The translations under genes were made by a program, and so were the position numbers. A stretch of DNA of 64,000 bases from Thermoanaerobaculia bacterium. GTDB lineage: Bacteria > Acidobacteriota > Thermoanaerobaculia > Multivoradales > JAIOJS01. Of this stretch, positions 37,440 through 48,027 are shown piece by piece. The notes beneath the pieces were generated by a model. That model saw only the letters and a list, made by a program, of their open reading frames with translations. It was not told the DNA's origin and did not search any database. Position 1 is the first letter of the stretch; every line of letters begins with the position of its first letter. The stretch lies in the NCBI GenBank assembly GCA_963806095.1, contig CAWDWV010000002.1, forward strand, positions 3,181,949 to 3,245,948. The letters run 5' to 3'.

Positions 37440-38882
37440 ATGAGCGAGCCCGTTCCCATTCCGTCCACCGAGCAGCGCGTCCTGCGCTCGACCGCCGCCT
37501 CATGGGCGATCCAGGTGGCGCGATTGGGCATCAACTTCGTCGCGCGGCTGGCGCTCCTGCGACTGGTGCTGCCTGAGGGCCACGGCGTCTACGAGCTCGC
37601 GCTCCGCATCGTCACCGTCGCCGCCGCCGTGCGCGACCTAGGGTTGCCCTACCACTTGGTGCGGGATCCGCGGAAGCCTTACGGGACGGTGTTCGCGTTC
37701 GTCACCGCGAGCGGGGCGCTGCTCACGCTGGCGTTGTTCTTCGCGGCACCTTGGCTAGGAGCGCTGGCGCCCCACACGCCGCAGCTGCCTGCCGTGCTGA
37801 AGGTGTTCGCGTTGTGGGTGCTGCTCGACGGGCTGGCGGTGGTGCCGCGGGCCTACTTCGAGCGCGAGATCACGATCGGTGCGCTGGTGGCGCCGGAGAT
37901 CTGGCGTGGCGTGGCGGTGGCCGTGGTTTCGGTGGCGCTGGCCTGGGCGGGCTGGGGCTACTGGAGCTTCGTCGTCGGCGATCTGGCGGGAGCGGCCGTG
38001 CTCGCCGTGTGGTCGTGGTGGAAGGCGTGGGGAAAGGTGCCGATGCGGGTCGAGCCGGCGCTGATCCCCGACCTGTTACGGCGCAGCGGGCTGTTGTTCT
38101 TCATCTGGATCGCGGTGCAGCTGGTTACCAACGTCGACGCCTTCGTCGTCGAGTGGTTCCGCAACGCGGCCACCGTCGGCCTCTATACGAAGGCCTACTG
38201 GGTGGTGTTCCTCGTCGCCATCGTCGCCTACCCGCGGGCGCTCTTCCCCACTCTCGTCGAGTACCTGCCCGACCGCGCCCGCTTCGTCGAGATGTTCCGG
38301 CTGAGCGCCGTCCAACTCGTCGGCTGCCAGGCGGTGGCGAGCTGGTTCATCGCCTGCAACGCCGAGAAGACGATCCGCGTGCTCTTCGGGCCCGACCCGC
38401 AGTGGCAGGCGGCGGCGCCGATCCTGCGCGTGCTCGCCTTCGTGCCGCTCTCGTACTACACGACCTACGTCGGCGGCGAGATGCTCAAGGCCGAGCATCG
38501 CGACCGCGAGTGGCTGGGCATCGAGCTGCTCAACCTCGCGTCGCTGGTGGGCTTCGGCGTGCTGCTCACCGGCCGCTGGGGAGCGGCGGGGATGGCGGCG
38601 GCGAACTTCCTGCTGCTCGGCAACTTGGTGATGGCGTGGGAGGTACGGCGGGTGTTCGGCGGCCGCTTCCGCCGCTTGGTCGGCGACTTGGCGCTGCTGC
38701 TGCTCGTGCCGCTGCCGTTCTTCGCGTTGGTGGTCTGGCTGCTGCCGGCGGCGTCGTGGAGCCGCTTCGCGGCGTCGCTCGGCGCGGCGGCCTTCTCCGC
38801 CGCGCTGCTCGCCGCCCTGCACTGGCGCGCCTTCCGCACCTTCTTCGCCAGCCGCCGCGCCGCCGCGGTCGAAGCCTCATGA
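37440..38882 (+). CDS. Polysaccharide/oligosaccharide flippase (MOP/Wzx-like)
   Basis: 480 aa with ~12-14 hydrophobic helices and a layout typical of Wzx-like exporters. Its stop overlaps the next start (ATGA). Confidence 0.8.
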   Translation: MSEPVPIPSTEQRVLRSTAASWAIQVARLGINFVARLALLRLVLPEGHGVYELALRIVTVAAAVRDLGLPYHLVRDPRKPYGTVFAFVTASGALLTLALFFAAPWLGALAPHTPQLPAVLKVFALWVLLDGLAVVPRAYFEREITIGALVAPEIWRGVAVAVVSVALAWAGWGYWSFVVGDLAGAAVLAVWSWWKAWGKVPMRVEPALIPDLLRRSGLLFFIWIAVQLVTNVDAFVVEWFRNAATVGLYTKAYWVVFLVAIVAYPRALFPTLVEYLPDRARFVEMFRLSAVQLVGCQAVASWFIACNAEKTIRVLFGPDPQWQAAAPILRVLAFVPLSYYTTYVGGEMLKAEHRDREWLGIELLNLASLVGFGVLLTGRWGAAGMAAANFLLLGNLVMAWEVRRVFGGRFRRLVGDLALLLLVPLPFFALVVWLLPAASWSRFAASLGAAAFSAALLAALHWRAFRTFFASRRAAAVEAS

Positions 38883-39664
38883 GCCCGACTTCACCGCCGC
38901 TGCTGCCCTACGAGATCGAGCTGCGCGCGCCGCGTGAGCGCGTGAAGGAGCTCGTCAAGCGGCTGCTCGCCGCCTCGGCGCGCCCGCTCGGCACCATCGT
39001 CCGCGTCGACACCGCGGAGCCCGCGCTCGCGCTCACCTTCGACGACGGGCCCGATACCGAGGAGACGCCGCGGGTGTTGGACCTGCTCGCGGCCCATGGC
39101 GCGCGCGCCACCTTCTTCATGGTCGGCAAACGCGCGGCCGCGCACCCCGAGCTGGTCGAGCGCGTCGCGGCCGCCGGGCACGCCATCGCCAACCACTCCT
39201 GGGACCACACCTCGTTCCTGCACCTCGACGGCGCCGGCCGCCGCGATCAGCTGCTGCGCACGGCCGCGGCCCTCGCACCGCACGCGACTCCGCTCTTCCG
39301 TCCACCCTTCGGCGAACAGAGCGTGCGCTCGCTGCTCGACGTCCGCCGCGCCGGCTATCGAGTCATCGCCTGGGACGTGGTGCCCGAAGACTGGCGCGAC
39401 GACGCCGACGAGCTGCTCGTCGCGCGCACCTTGCGCCGCTTGCGGCGCGGCAGCATCGTGCTCCTCCACGACAGCCTCTACCGCACCGAGGACGCGCGCT
39501 ATCGCGACCGCAAGCCGATGCGCGAGGCGCTCGCGGCCCTGCTCGCGCGCCTGGCGCCGACGCATCGCTTCGTCACCGTCCCCGAGCTGCTCGCGCTCGG
39601 CCGGCCAGTCTACTGGCACCACTACCACCGGCTGCCGGCGGCCTTCCACCGCCACCTGGTCTGA
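38879..39664 (+). CDS. Polysaccharide deacetylase (CE4, NodB homology domain)
   Basis: LTFDDGPD, ATFFMVG, ANHSWDH, RPPFG. This is the real part of track ORF 37751..39664. Confidence 0.9.
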   Translation: MSPTSPPLLPYEIELRAPRERVKELVKRLLAASARPLGTIVRVDTAEPALALTFDDGPDTEETPRVLDLLAAHGARATFFMVGKRAAAHPELVERVAAAGHAIANHSWDHTSFLHLDGAGRRDQLLRTAAALAPHATPLFRPPFGEQSVRSLLDVRRAGYRVIAWDVVPEDWRDDADELLVARTLRRLRRGSIVLLHDSLYRTEDARYRDRKPMREALAALLARLAPTHRFVTVPELLALGRPVYWHHYHRLPAAFHRHLV

Positions 39665-39673
39665 GCTCCGACG

Positions 39674-40354
39674 TCAGGGCGACAGCACGCGCACCGTCCA
39701 GCGCCCCTTGGCGTTGCTCACCGTCGTCGCCTCCACCACTCGATAGCGCCGCAGCAGCGCCCGCATCACGGCGTCGGCACGGCGCGATTGGAACGTCGAC
39801 ACGACGAAGGCGCCGCCCGAGGCGAGCACAGCCTCATAGCGCAGCAACGTCGCCAGCGGATCGCGGAAGTAGTAGACGCTCTCGTTGAAGACGACGACGT
39901 CCCAGGGGCCGGCGGGCACTACGCTCTCGGCGTCGGCGGCCGTCAGCTCGGTGGCCGCGTCGGCCCGCGACGCGCCCTGCGCGACGGCGGCCTCCGACAC
40001 GTCGATGCCGAGGTAGCGGCGATAGCCGTGCGGCCGCAGCTCGTCGACCAGCAGGCCCTCGCCGCACCCGACGTCGAGCACCGCCCCGCCGGGCGCCAGC
40101 CGGCGCACGAAGGCGGCGATCACCGCGTAGCGCGCTGTCTCGTCGAGACCGCGCATGAACGACCAGTGGCCGGCGCGGTACTGCTCCTCCCAAGCCGCCT
40201 TGCCCGCGGGAGCGTCGCCGCGCCCGGTCGCCGTCTCCCACGCCGCCACGCGCCGCGCCAGCGCCGCGCTGCCCGGAAAGCGGCGGCCGAACAGGGCGGC
40301 ATAGTAGAGCCAGTAGACCGGTTTGAAGGCCCGGCGAGCCAGCGACGACCCCAT
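39674..40354 (-). CDS. Class I SAM-dependent methyltransferase
   Basis: Motif I is VLDVGCGEGLL; downstream is VVVFNESVYY. Confidence 0.8.
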   Translation of the reverse strand: MGSSLARRAFKPVYWLYYAALFGRRFPGSAALARRVAAWETATGRGDAPAGKAAWEEQYRAGHWSFMRGLDETARYAVIAAFVRRLAPGGAVLDVGCGEGLLVDELRPHGYRRYLGIDVSEAAVAQGASRADAATELTAADAESVVPAGPWDVVVFNESVYYFRDPLATLLRYEAVLASGGAFVVSTFQSRRADAVMRALLRRYRVVEATTVSNAKGRWTVRVLSP

Positions 40355-40421
40355 CGGTCGCCGAGCCTACGCGCTCCGCGGCCCAAACGAACGAAGATCG
40401 TGCGCCTACAATCTCGGCACG

Positions 40422-41195
40422 ATGCGCGCTTCGCTGCTCGCCGCCCTCATCCCCGTCGTCGCGCTCGCCGCCACGGCCGCGGCCGCCGTGGAGCCCGACT
40501 ACGCCGATTGGAACCGCCTCCTCGCCGCCTACTACGACCCCGCGCACGGCATGGACTACCGCGGCCTCAAGGCCCGCGAGGGCGCCGCGCTGCAGCGGCT
40601 GCGGCAGTCGCTGGCGAACGTCGACGTCGCGGCGCTCTCGCGTGACGAGCAGCTCGCCTTCTGGCTCAACCTCTACAACGTCAACGTCGTCTCGCGCGTC
40701 GTCGACGGCTACCCGGTCGACTCGATCCGCGACCTCTCGACCGATCCGATCGTGCGCCTCAACGTCTTCAAGAAGCCCACCGTCCCCTTCGCCGGCGGCA
40801 CCATCTCGCTCGACACCATCGAGAACGACAAGGTACGTCCGGGCTTCCACGACCCGCGCATCCATTTCGCGCTCAACTGCGCGGCGAAGAGCTGCCCGCC
40901 GCTGCGCACCGAGGCCTACGCCGGCGCCCGCGTCGGCGCGCAGCTCGACGACCAGACGCGCAAGTTCCTCGCCGGCCCCGGTCTGCGCGTCGAGACGCAC
41001 GGCGGCAAGACCACGCTGCACGTGAGCAAGATCTTCGACTGGTTCGAGAAGGACTTCGACCAGTGGGGCGGCGGCGTGGTGCCCTTCGTCCGCCGTCACG
41101 CGCCGCCGCCGAAGGCGCGGGCGATCCCCGCGGCCGACGACGTCGACGTCGAGCACGACGGCTACGACTGGTCGCTCAACGACTGGCGCCGCTGA
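40422..41195 (+). CDS. DUF547 domain protein (secreted)
   Basis: Signal peptide MRASLLAALIPVVALAA. Also FWLNLYNVNVV, HFALNCAAKSCPPL, SKIFDWF. Confidence 0.85.
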   Translation: MRASLLAALIPVVALAATAAAAVEPDYADWNRLLAAYYDPAHGMDYRGLKAREGAALQRLRQSLANVDVAALSRDEQLAFWLNLYNVNVVSRVVDGYPVDSIRDLSTDPIVRLNVFKKPTVPFAGGTISLDTIENDKVRPGFHDPRIHFALNCAAKSCPPLRTEAYAGARVGAQLDDQTRKFLAGPGLRVETHGGKTTLHVSKIFDWFEKDFDQWGGGVVPFVRRHAPPPKARAIPAADDVDVEHDGYDWSLNDWRR

Positions 41196-41207
41196 GCGCG
41201 GCCGCCT

Positions 41208-41510
41208 TCAGCCGATCCGCTCCTCGTCCTCGTCCCACTCCTCGGCCGGCGCGCCGTCCTCGGCCGCCTCGGCGTCGACCGGCCGCAGGCGGGCGCGAGC
41301 CTCGAGCTGGGCGAGCAGCCGCTGCGCCTGCTCGAGGTCGTCGTCGTCCTCGATCCACACCGAGGGCAGCGTCTCGTCGGTCATCGGCACCGAGCCGCGG
41401 AGCGCGAAGAGGTGCTCGCCGCGCACGCTGGCTTCGATCCCCGCCGACTCGAGAAACGCCTTGACGAACTGGGCGTCGATCGGGGTCGTCGCCACGTAGA
41501 CGCGCTTCAT
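41208..41510 (-). CDS. DUF2007-like small protein
   Basis: MKRVYVATTPIDAQFVKAFLESAGIEASV..., with an acidic C-terminus. Confidence 0.6.
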   Translation of the reverse strand: MKRVYVATTPIDAQFVKAFLESAGIEASVRGEHLFALRGSVPMTDETLPSVWIEDDDDLEQAQRLLAQLEARARLRPVDAEAAEDGAPAEEWDEDEERIG

Positions 41511-41631
41511 GCTGAGAAAGGCCATCCCATGAGGAAAGAATAGCTCAGCGCGACGCGCCTCGCCGCCGCCGGCGGCGGCCGGCACCCGCACCTGCGCTAC
41601 GCTCGCCGCCTCGAACCGAGGAGGTGAGCCG

Positions 41632-43372
41632 ATGAGTCGACGCTGGTCAGGCTGCGCCGTTGCCGCATTGCTCACTGCCGCCTGCGCCAGCTCCGGGCGC
41701 GGCCCGGCGCCGGTGGAGCTGGCGTTCGACCCGCCGGCACCGATCTTCGACCTGATCCTCCGCGGCGGCACCGTCTACGACGGCAGCGGCGGCCCGCCGC
41801 GCGTCGGCCGACGTCGGCGTCCGCGGCGACCGCATCGCCGCGGTCGGCGACCTGCACGGCGCGCCGCGGCGCAGGAGATCGACGCCACCGGCCTCGCCGT
41901 CGCGCCCGGCTTCGTCAACATGCTCTAGCTGGGCCACCGAATCGCTGCATCGTCGACGGCCGCGGCATGAGCGACATCCGCCAGGGCGTCACGCTCGAGG
42001 TGTTCGGCGAAGGCTGGTCGATGGGGCCGCTCAACGAGGCGATGAAGAAGGAGGCGCTCGAGCAGCAGGGCGACATCCGCTACCCCATCACCTGGACGAC
42101 GCTCGGCGAGTACCTCGAGACGCTCGAGCGACGCGGCATCTCGCCGAACGTCGCCTCCTTCGTCGGCGCCACCACGGTGCGCATCCACGAGCTCGGCTAC
42201 GCCGACCGCGCGCCGACGCCGGAGGAGCTGGCGCGCATGCAGGACGCTCGTGCGCGCAGGCGATGGACGAGGGCGCGCTCGGCGTCGGCTCGTCGCTCAT
42301 CTACGCGCCGGCCTTCTACGCCAAGACCGACGAGCTGATCGCGCTCTGCAGCGCCGCCGGCGAGTACGGCGGCATGTACATCTCGCACATGCGCAGCGAG
42401 GGCAACCGGCTGCTCGAGGCGGTCGACGAGCTGATCGCCATCGCCCGCGAGGCCAAGGTGCCGGCCGAGATCTACCACCTCAAGGCCGCCGGGCCGCGCC
42501 AACTGGGGCAAGCTCGACGACGTCGATCGCGCACGATCGAGGCGGCGCGCGCCGAAGGCCTCGCGCATCACCGCCGACATGTACACCTACACCGCCGGCG
42601 CCACCGGCCTCGACGCGGCGATGCCGCCGTGGGTGCAGGAAGGCGGCTACGAGGCGTGGCGCGAGCGGCTGCGCGACCCGGCCATCCGCGCGCGCGTCGA
42701 GCGCGAGATGCGCACGCCCGACCGACGAGTGGGAGAACCTGCTGCTCGCCGCCGGCGGCGCCGAGAACGTCCTGCTTCGCCGGCTTCAAGAGCGACGCGC
42801 TGAAGCCGCTCACCGGCAAGACGCTCGCCGCAGGTCGCCGCCATGCGCGGCACGACGCCCGAGGAGACGGCGATCGACCTCGTGATCGAGGACGACAGCC
42901 GCGTCGGCACCGTCTACTTCCTGATGTCCGAGGACAACGTGCGGCGGCAGATCGCGCTGCCGTGGGTGAGCTTCGGCTCCGACGCCGACGCGCCGGCGCC
43001 CGAGGGCGTGTTCCTCGAGTCGAGCACCGCACCCGCGCGCCTACGGCAACTTCGCGCGGCTGCTCGGCCGCTACGTGCGCGACGAGAAGCTGATGCCGCT
43101 CGCCGAGGCGATCCGCCGGCTGACCTCGCTGCCGGCCGAGAACCTGAAGCTGCGCGACCGCGGGCGCCTCGCCCCCGGCTACTTCGCCGACGTCGTCGTC
43201 TTCGACCCGGCGACCATCGCCGACCACGCCACCTTCGAGAAGCCGCACCAGTACGCCACCGGCGTGCGCGCACGTCTTCGTCAACGGCGTGCAGGTCGCT
43301 CTGCGCGACGGCGAGCACACCGGCGCCAACCCGGGCCGCGTCGTGCGCGGGCCGGGCTGGACCGGCTGGTAG
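41632..43372 (+). pseudogene. N-acyl-D-amino-acid deacylase family amidohydrolase, ~16 frame breaks
   Basis: A coherent protein is obtained only by frame hopping. The pieces are lipobox LLTAAC, DLILRGGTVYDGSGGPPRV / ADVGVRGDRIAAVGDL / EIDATGLAVAPGFVNML / SWATESL / IVDGRGMSDIRQGVTLEVFGEGWSMGP.. / QAMDEGALGVGSSLIYAPA..YISHMRSEG..EIYHLKAAG / ANWGKLDDV / RITADMYTYTAGATGL.. / TDEWENLLLAAGGAENVLL / AGFKSDALKPLTGKTLA / QVAAMRGTTPEETAIDL..PWVSFGSDA / HPRAYGNFARLLGRYVRDE.. / HVFVNGVQVALRDGEHTG..GW*. There is an in-frame TAG at 41926-41928. Confidence 0.85.
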
Positions 43373-45241
43373 TGCAGGCCGCGCTCGATCCGCACGAGCC
43401 GCCGCAACCGCCGGCGACGACCTTCTTGCGCTCCGTCGCCACCCAGTGCTTGACCTTGGCGTCGAGCATCCCCAACGTCACGGCGCCGTCGCCGAGCACC
43501 TGGTCGTGGAAGGCCTGCGCCAGGAAGCGCTCGCCGAGCTGTTTCTCGGCGTACTCGCGCAGGCGACGGATCTCGAGGTTGCCGATCATGTACGCCGTCG
43601 CCTGCGCCGGCACCGCGATGTAGCGGTCGACCTCGGCGGCGGCGCGCTCGGGCGTCTGCGTGGTGTGCGCGAGGACGTAGTCGATCGCCTGCTGCCGCGT
43701 CCAGCCCAGCGCGTGCATGCCGGAGTCGACCACCAGCCGCGCCGAGCGGAGCGCCTCGTTGGAGAGCAGCCCCAGCTTCGCCAGGTCGTCGGAGTAGACG
43801 CCCATCTCGTCGGCCAGCCGCTCGCTGTAGAGCCCCCAGCCCTCGCTGAAGCCGGAGCTGCCGAAGTAGCGCTGGATCGGGTGGGTGCCGCCGACCTCCT
43901 TCGCCACCGCGCCCTGCAGGTGGTGGCCCGGGTAGGTCTCGTGGAACGCCGTCGCCTCGATCCCCGCCCGGCTCTGCTTCTCGGCCTCGAAGGCGTTGAT
44001 GTAGTAGGTGCCGGGGCGGCTGCCGTCGTCGGAGCCCGACTGGTACTCGGCCCCCGGCGCCGAGCGCTCGCGGAAGGCAGGGTACGGCACCACCACCACC
44101 GTCGCCTTCGGCACGGTGCCGAACCAGCGCGGCACCGCGGCGCGCCCGCGCTCCACGGCCGCGATGGCGTAGTCGACGAGCTGCTGGCGCGAGGTGAAGG
44201 TGTAGGGCGGCTGCTTCACCTTGGCGAGCAGCGCCGCCGGGTCGGCGGTGCCGAAGCTGCGGGCGCCGATCGCCTTCATCTCGGTGGTGGCGCGGTCCAT
44301 CTGCTGCAGGCCGAGGCGGTGGATCTCCTCCGGCTCCATGCGGGTCGAGGTGTGGAAGCGCACCGCGGCGCGGTAGCACTCGCGCCCCTGCGGGTTGGCG
44401 GCGACGGCGATCGCCTCGCGCGCGGCGGCGAGGTACTCCTTGGCGAGGAAGTCGCGGTAGCGGCGGATGGCGGGCCGCGCCTGCTCCTCGATCGCCTTCG
44501 CGAGCGCCTGCCCGAAGGCGGCGTCGCCGTCGCGCTTGGCGGGGTCGTAGAACGGCGACTCGATGGTGGTTCCCTCGAGCAGACTGTCCATCTGCTCGAC
44601 CACCCGCTGCACGTTCCCCTTCGGCGCGCTGAAGCCGCGCCGCAGCCCCTCGCGCAGACGCGCCGTCTCGCCGTCGAGGTAGCGCGGCAGCTGGCCGAGG
44701 CGGGCGAGCGCCGCCTGCCGCAGCGCGGCAGTGCCCACCGGCTGCACCGAGGCGAGGAAGGTGTAGTTGGCCTGCCAGCCGGTCCAGGTCGGGCTGACGT
44801 TCCACAGCTCCGTCTCGCAGACGCGGGCGCCGGCCGACGCCTCGAGCAGCTCGCGCAGGAAATCGTGGGTGACGAGGGCGCGGCCGGAGAGCCGTGCGCG
44901 CTCGACGCCGCCGAGCTCGTCGAGCAGCGCGTCCTCCTCGTCGCGCCAGGATTCGAGGCCGGCAAGCGAGTTGTCGGGCAGCCGCGCGTGGTCGGCGTCG
45001 GCGCGGCCCTGCACCGTCGCCTGGTCGGGGAAGCGCTCGAAGAACGCCTTCACGTAGGCGTCGGCGAGGGCGTCGACGCGCGCCGCGGGATCGGCGGGCA
45101 GCGCCGGCGCAGGCGCGGAGGTGCCGGCAGGAGCAGGTGCAGGCTTCGGTGTAGCAACGGGGCCATTCGACGAAGAGGCGCTGCGCCGATCGTCGTCGCG
45201 GCGAACAGCGCGAGCGCGAACGGGATCTCGGGGTGTCGCAT
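43281..45241 (-). pseudogene. DUF885-family protein (secreted), frame break just after the signal peptide
   Basis: HETYPGHHLQ, SEGWGLYSERL, VDRYIAVPAQATAYMIG. The signal peptide MRHPEIPFALALFAATTIGA (ATG 45241) is in a different frame from ..SSSNGPVATPKPAP..VDALADAYVKAFFERFPDQ. The break is near 45178-45184. The 3' end overlaps the aminoacylase 3' end by ~90 bp, so the true stop is uncertain. Confidence 0.82.
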
Positions 45242-45282
45242 GACCCCAATCCTAGTGCCTGACGATCTAGTGCCCTGAGGCG

Positions 45283-47966
45283 CTACTCTCGCCCCGACTC
45301 CACTCCGGCGAGCCCTTCCACGCCCATCAGCGTCATCGCCAGCTCCGGCACCGACAGCGCGAGCGCGCGGCCTTCCGGCGACACGCCCAGCGATTCCGGC
45401 TGCAGCTCGGGGGTGAAGCCGACCATCGGCAACAGCGGGGCGCCCGGGTCGAGACCGTCGCCGACCGGCACCAGGCTCACGCCCGTGCGGCCGTGTTCGT
45501 CGACGCTCACCACCAGCAGGCCGCGGCTGTCGCGCGTCCAGCGCAGGCGGCCGATGGAGGCCGGGTTGAGCACCAGCACGGTGCTGCGTCGCGAGCGCGC
45601 TGTCGCGCAGGCGCACGGTGCCGCCCACCGGCTTGCCGTCGTCGAGCCGCACGACGCGCAGGCCTACCCAACCGTGCGACGCGTGCGTGTGGTAGGCGAC
45701 GTAGCGGCCGTCGGGCGACACCTCGGGGTGGCTCACCACCGGGTCGCGCACCAGCCACTGCGGCCGGGTGCCGTCGAGGCGCACCTTCCACAGCCCGCGC
45801 TTCTGCGGATGGCCGGAGACGTAGGTGACCCAGCCGTCGGGGCTCGCGGTGGGGCTCTCGGCGTCGACGCCGTCGCGCGACAGTTGGCGCGCCGCGCGCC
45901 CGTCGGCGTCCGCCGTCCAGATCTCGAAGTGGCCCGAGCGGTTGGAGCTCCACAGCAGCCGCTTGCCGTCGGCCGAGAAGCCGGGGTCCCAGTCGTCGGC
46001 GGGATCGTCGGTGAGCCGCCGCACGGCGCCGCTCGCGCGGTCGACCGACCAGACGTCGAGGTTGCCGCTGCGGCTCGACGAGAACACCACCCGTGAGCCG
46101 TCGGGCGAGTAGGCCGGCTGGCGATCCTGGGTGTCGCCCTCGGTGAGCCAGCGCCCCTCGACGCCGGTCGACGCGGTGGCGCCCGCTGCCGGCAGCGCCA
46201 GCTCGCGCAGGTGCGCCCGCCGCGTCACCAGGTCGATCACCGCGCTCCCCGAGGCGAGCACGTCCACCGTGCGCGCCACCTGCGGGAAGGAGAGCAGCAG
46301 CCGCGGCTTGCCGCCGCGCGCGCGACTGCACCACCAGGCGGCTCGCCGGCGTGTAGAGGGTGACCTGCTCCGACTGCGCGTAGAGCAGCGCCTTGCCGTT
46401 GCGCAGCCACGCCGGCGCCGAGATCAGCCCGCCCGCCGGCGTCGGCAGCACGACGGTACCGCCGCTCTTCGACGTCGACGAGCCGCAGCTCGTCGCCGAC
46501 GCTGATGAGCGCGCCGCTCGCCACCACGGCGACGCGGTCTCCCGCCGGCGACCAGCGCGGCGCGGCGAGCGAGCGGCCGTCGCGCGGCGAGTAGAGCACG
46601 CGCTCGTTGCTGCCGTCCGCCGCCGCCACGCCCAGCGTCCAGGCGCCGCCGGCGAGCTGGCGCACGAAGCAGACTCGCTTGCCGTCGGGCGACCAGTCCC
46701 CCTCGATGGCGCCGGGGATGACGCGGCGCGGCTCGCCGCCGAGCTCGGGGACGCGGTAGAGCGACGTCGCGCCCGCCTCGTGGCGCGCGAACAGGAGCGT
46801 GGCGCCGTCGGGCGAGAAGCGCGGCGCGTCGTCGGGCCCGCTGGTGAGCGCCGCCTCCTCGCCGGTGGCGAGCTCCCGCCGCCAGATGCGCGACTCGCCG
46901 TCGCGTCGCGAGGCGAAGGCGAGCGTGCGTGCGTCCGGCGAGACGGCCGGGCTCCAGTCGCGCCCCGAGTAGGAGAGCGGCCGCAGCTTCGGCGCCAGCG
47001 GCGCCGGCGCGGTGAGCCGCGCCGCCACCAGCAGCGCCGCGACGCCGAGCGCGACGCTGCCGGCGACCCACCAGCGTCGCGCCTGGGGCTTCGGCGGCGG
47101 CACGAACGCCACCTCGCCGGCGCGCGAGGCGCCTTCGCGCCCGGCGAGCGCGAAGGCGAGGTCGTGGGCGCTCTGGAAGCGCTCCTCGGGTCGCTTCTCG
47201 AGACAGTGGCGGATGATGCGGCCGAGCTCCGGGGTGTCTCCCGTCGTCAGCGCCTCGAGCCCCGGCGGTTCGGCGACGAGGATGGTGGTGAGCGTCTCCA
47301 CCGGGTTCATGCCCCGGAAGGCGCGCTCGCCGGAGAGCATCTCGTACAGCACGCAGCCGAGCGAGAAGACGTCGGAGCGCCCGTCGATCGCCTCGCCGCG
47401 GATCATCTCCGGCGACATGTAGCCGACCGTGCCGAGCACCATCCCCTGCGCCGTCTTCCAGTGCTCGGGCGCTTCCGAGCTGCGTCTCCACCAGCTCGTG
47501 GCGGGCGAGGCCGAAGTCGAGCAGCTTCACCACCCCCGAGCGGGTGATGAAGAGGTTGTCGGGCTTGACGTCGCGGTGGACGATGCCGCGGTCGTGGGCG
47601 GCGCCGAGCGCGCGCGCCGCCTGCGCGCCCCAGTCGCGCACCTTGCGCGCGGGCAGCGGACCGTCCTCGAGACGGCGGCCGAGGGTCTCGCCCTCGAGCA
47701 GCTCGGTGACCGCGTAGACGATGTCGTCCTGCTCGGCGAAGTCGTGGAGGGCGAGGATGTTGGGGTGCGAGAGAGCGGCGACCGAGCGCGCCTCGCGCGA
47801 GAAGCGGGCGAGCGCATCGGCGTCGCCGTGCGAGGTGCAGCGGCAGGATCTTGATCGCCACCTCGCGGCCGAGCCGCGTGTCGCTCGCCCGCCACACCTC
47901 GCCCATGCCGCCGGCACCGAGCGGCGACAGGATCTCGAAAGGGCCGAGGCGGTCGCCGGCGCGCAC
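45283..47966 (-). pseudogene. Ser/Thr protein kinase - TM - PD40/TolB-like beta-propeller protein (paralog 1), 5 frame breaks
   Basis: [27 protein letters not shown] / [34 protein letters not shown] / [12 protein letters not shown].. TM helix ..SPDARTLAFASRRDGESRIW.. / KSGGTVVLPTPAGG.. / GKPRLLLSFPQ..YSPDGSRVVFSSSRSGNLDVWSV..WSSNRSGHFEIW.. / VLVLNPASIGRLRW..*. Breaks lie near 47832, 47467, 46470, 46311 and 45600. Confidence 0.85.
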
Positions 47967-48027
47967 GCTCTACGTTCTCCGCGTCACCTGACGGAGTCAC
48001 GGCGATGATAGCGGAGCGTAGGAGCCC

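Noticed and set aside
42568-45278. 893-aa (-) and 811-aa (+) ORFs
   Set aside because: Only the first ~60 aa of the plus ORF (MRGTTPEETAIDL..PWVSFGSDA) is real, as one fragment of the aminoacylase. The rest is antisense to or out of frame with the DUF885 gene.
10983-47966. Programmed +1 ribosomal frameshifting or transcriptional slippage as an explanation for the frame breaks
   Set aside because: There are far too many sites, up to 16 in one gene. There is no shared slippery heptamer or homopolymer context and no downstream stimulatory structures. The breaks occur in unrelated gene families.
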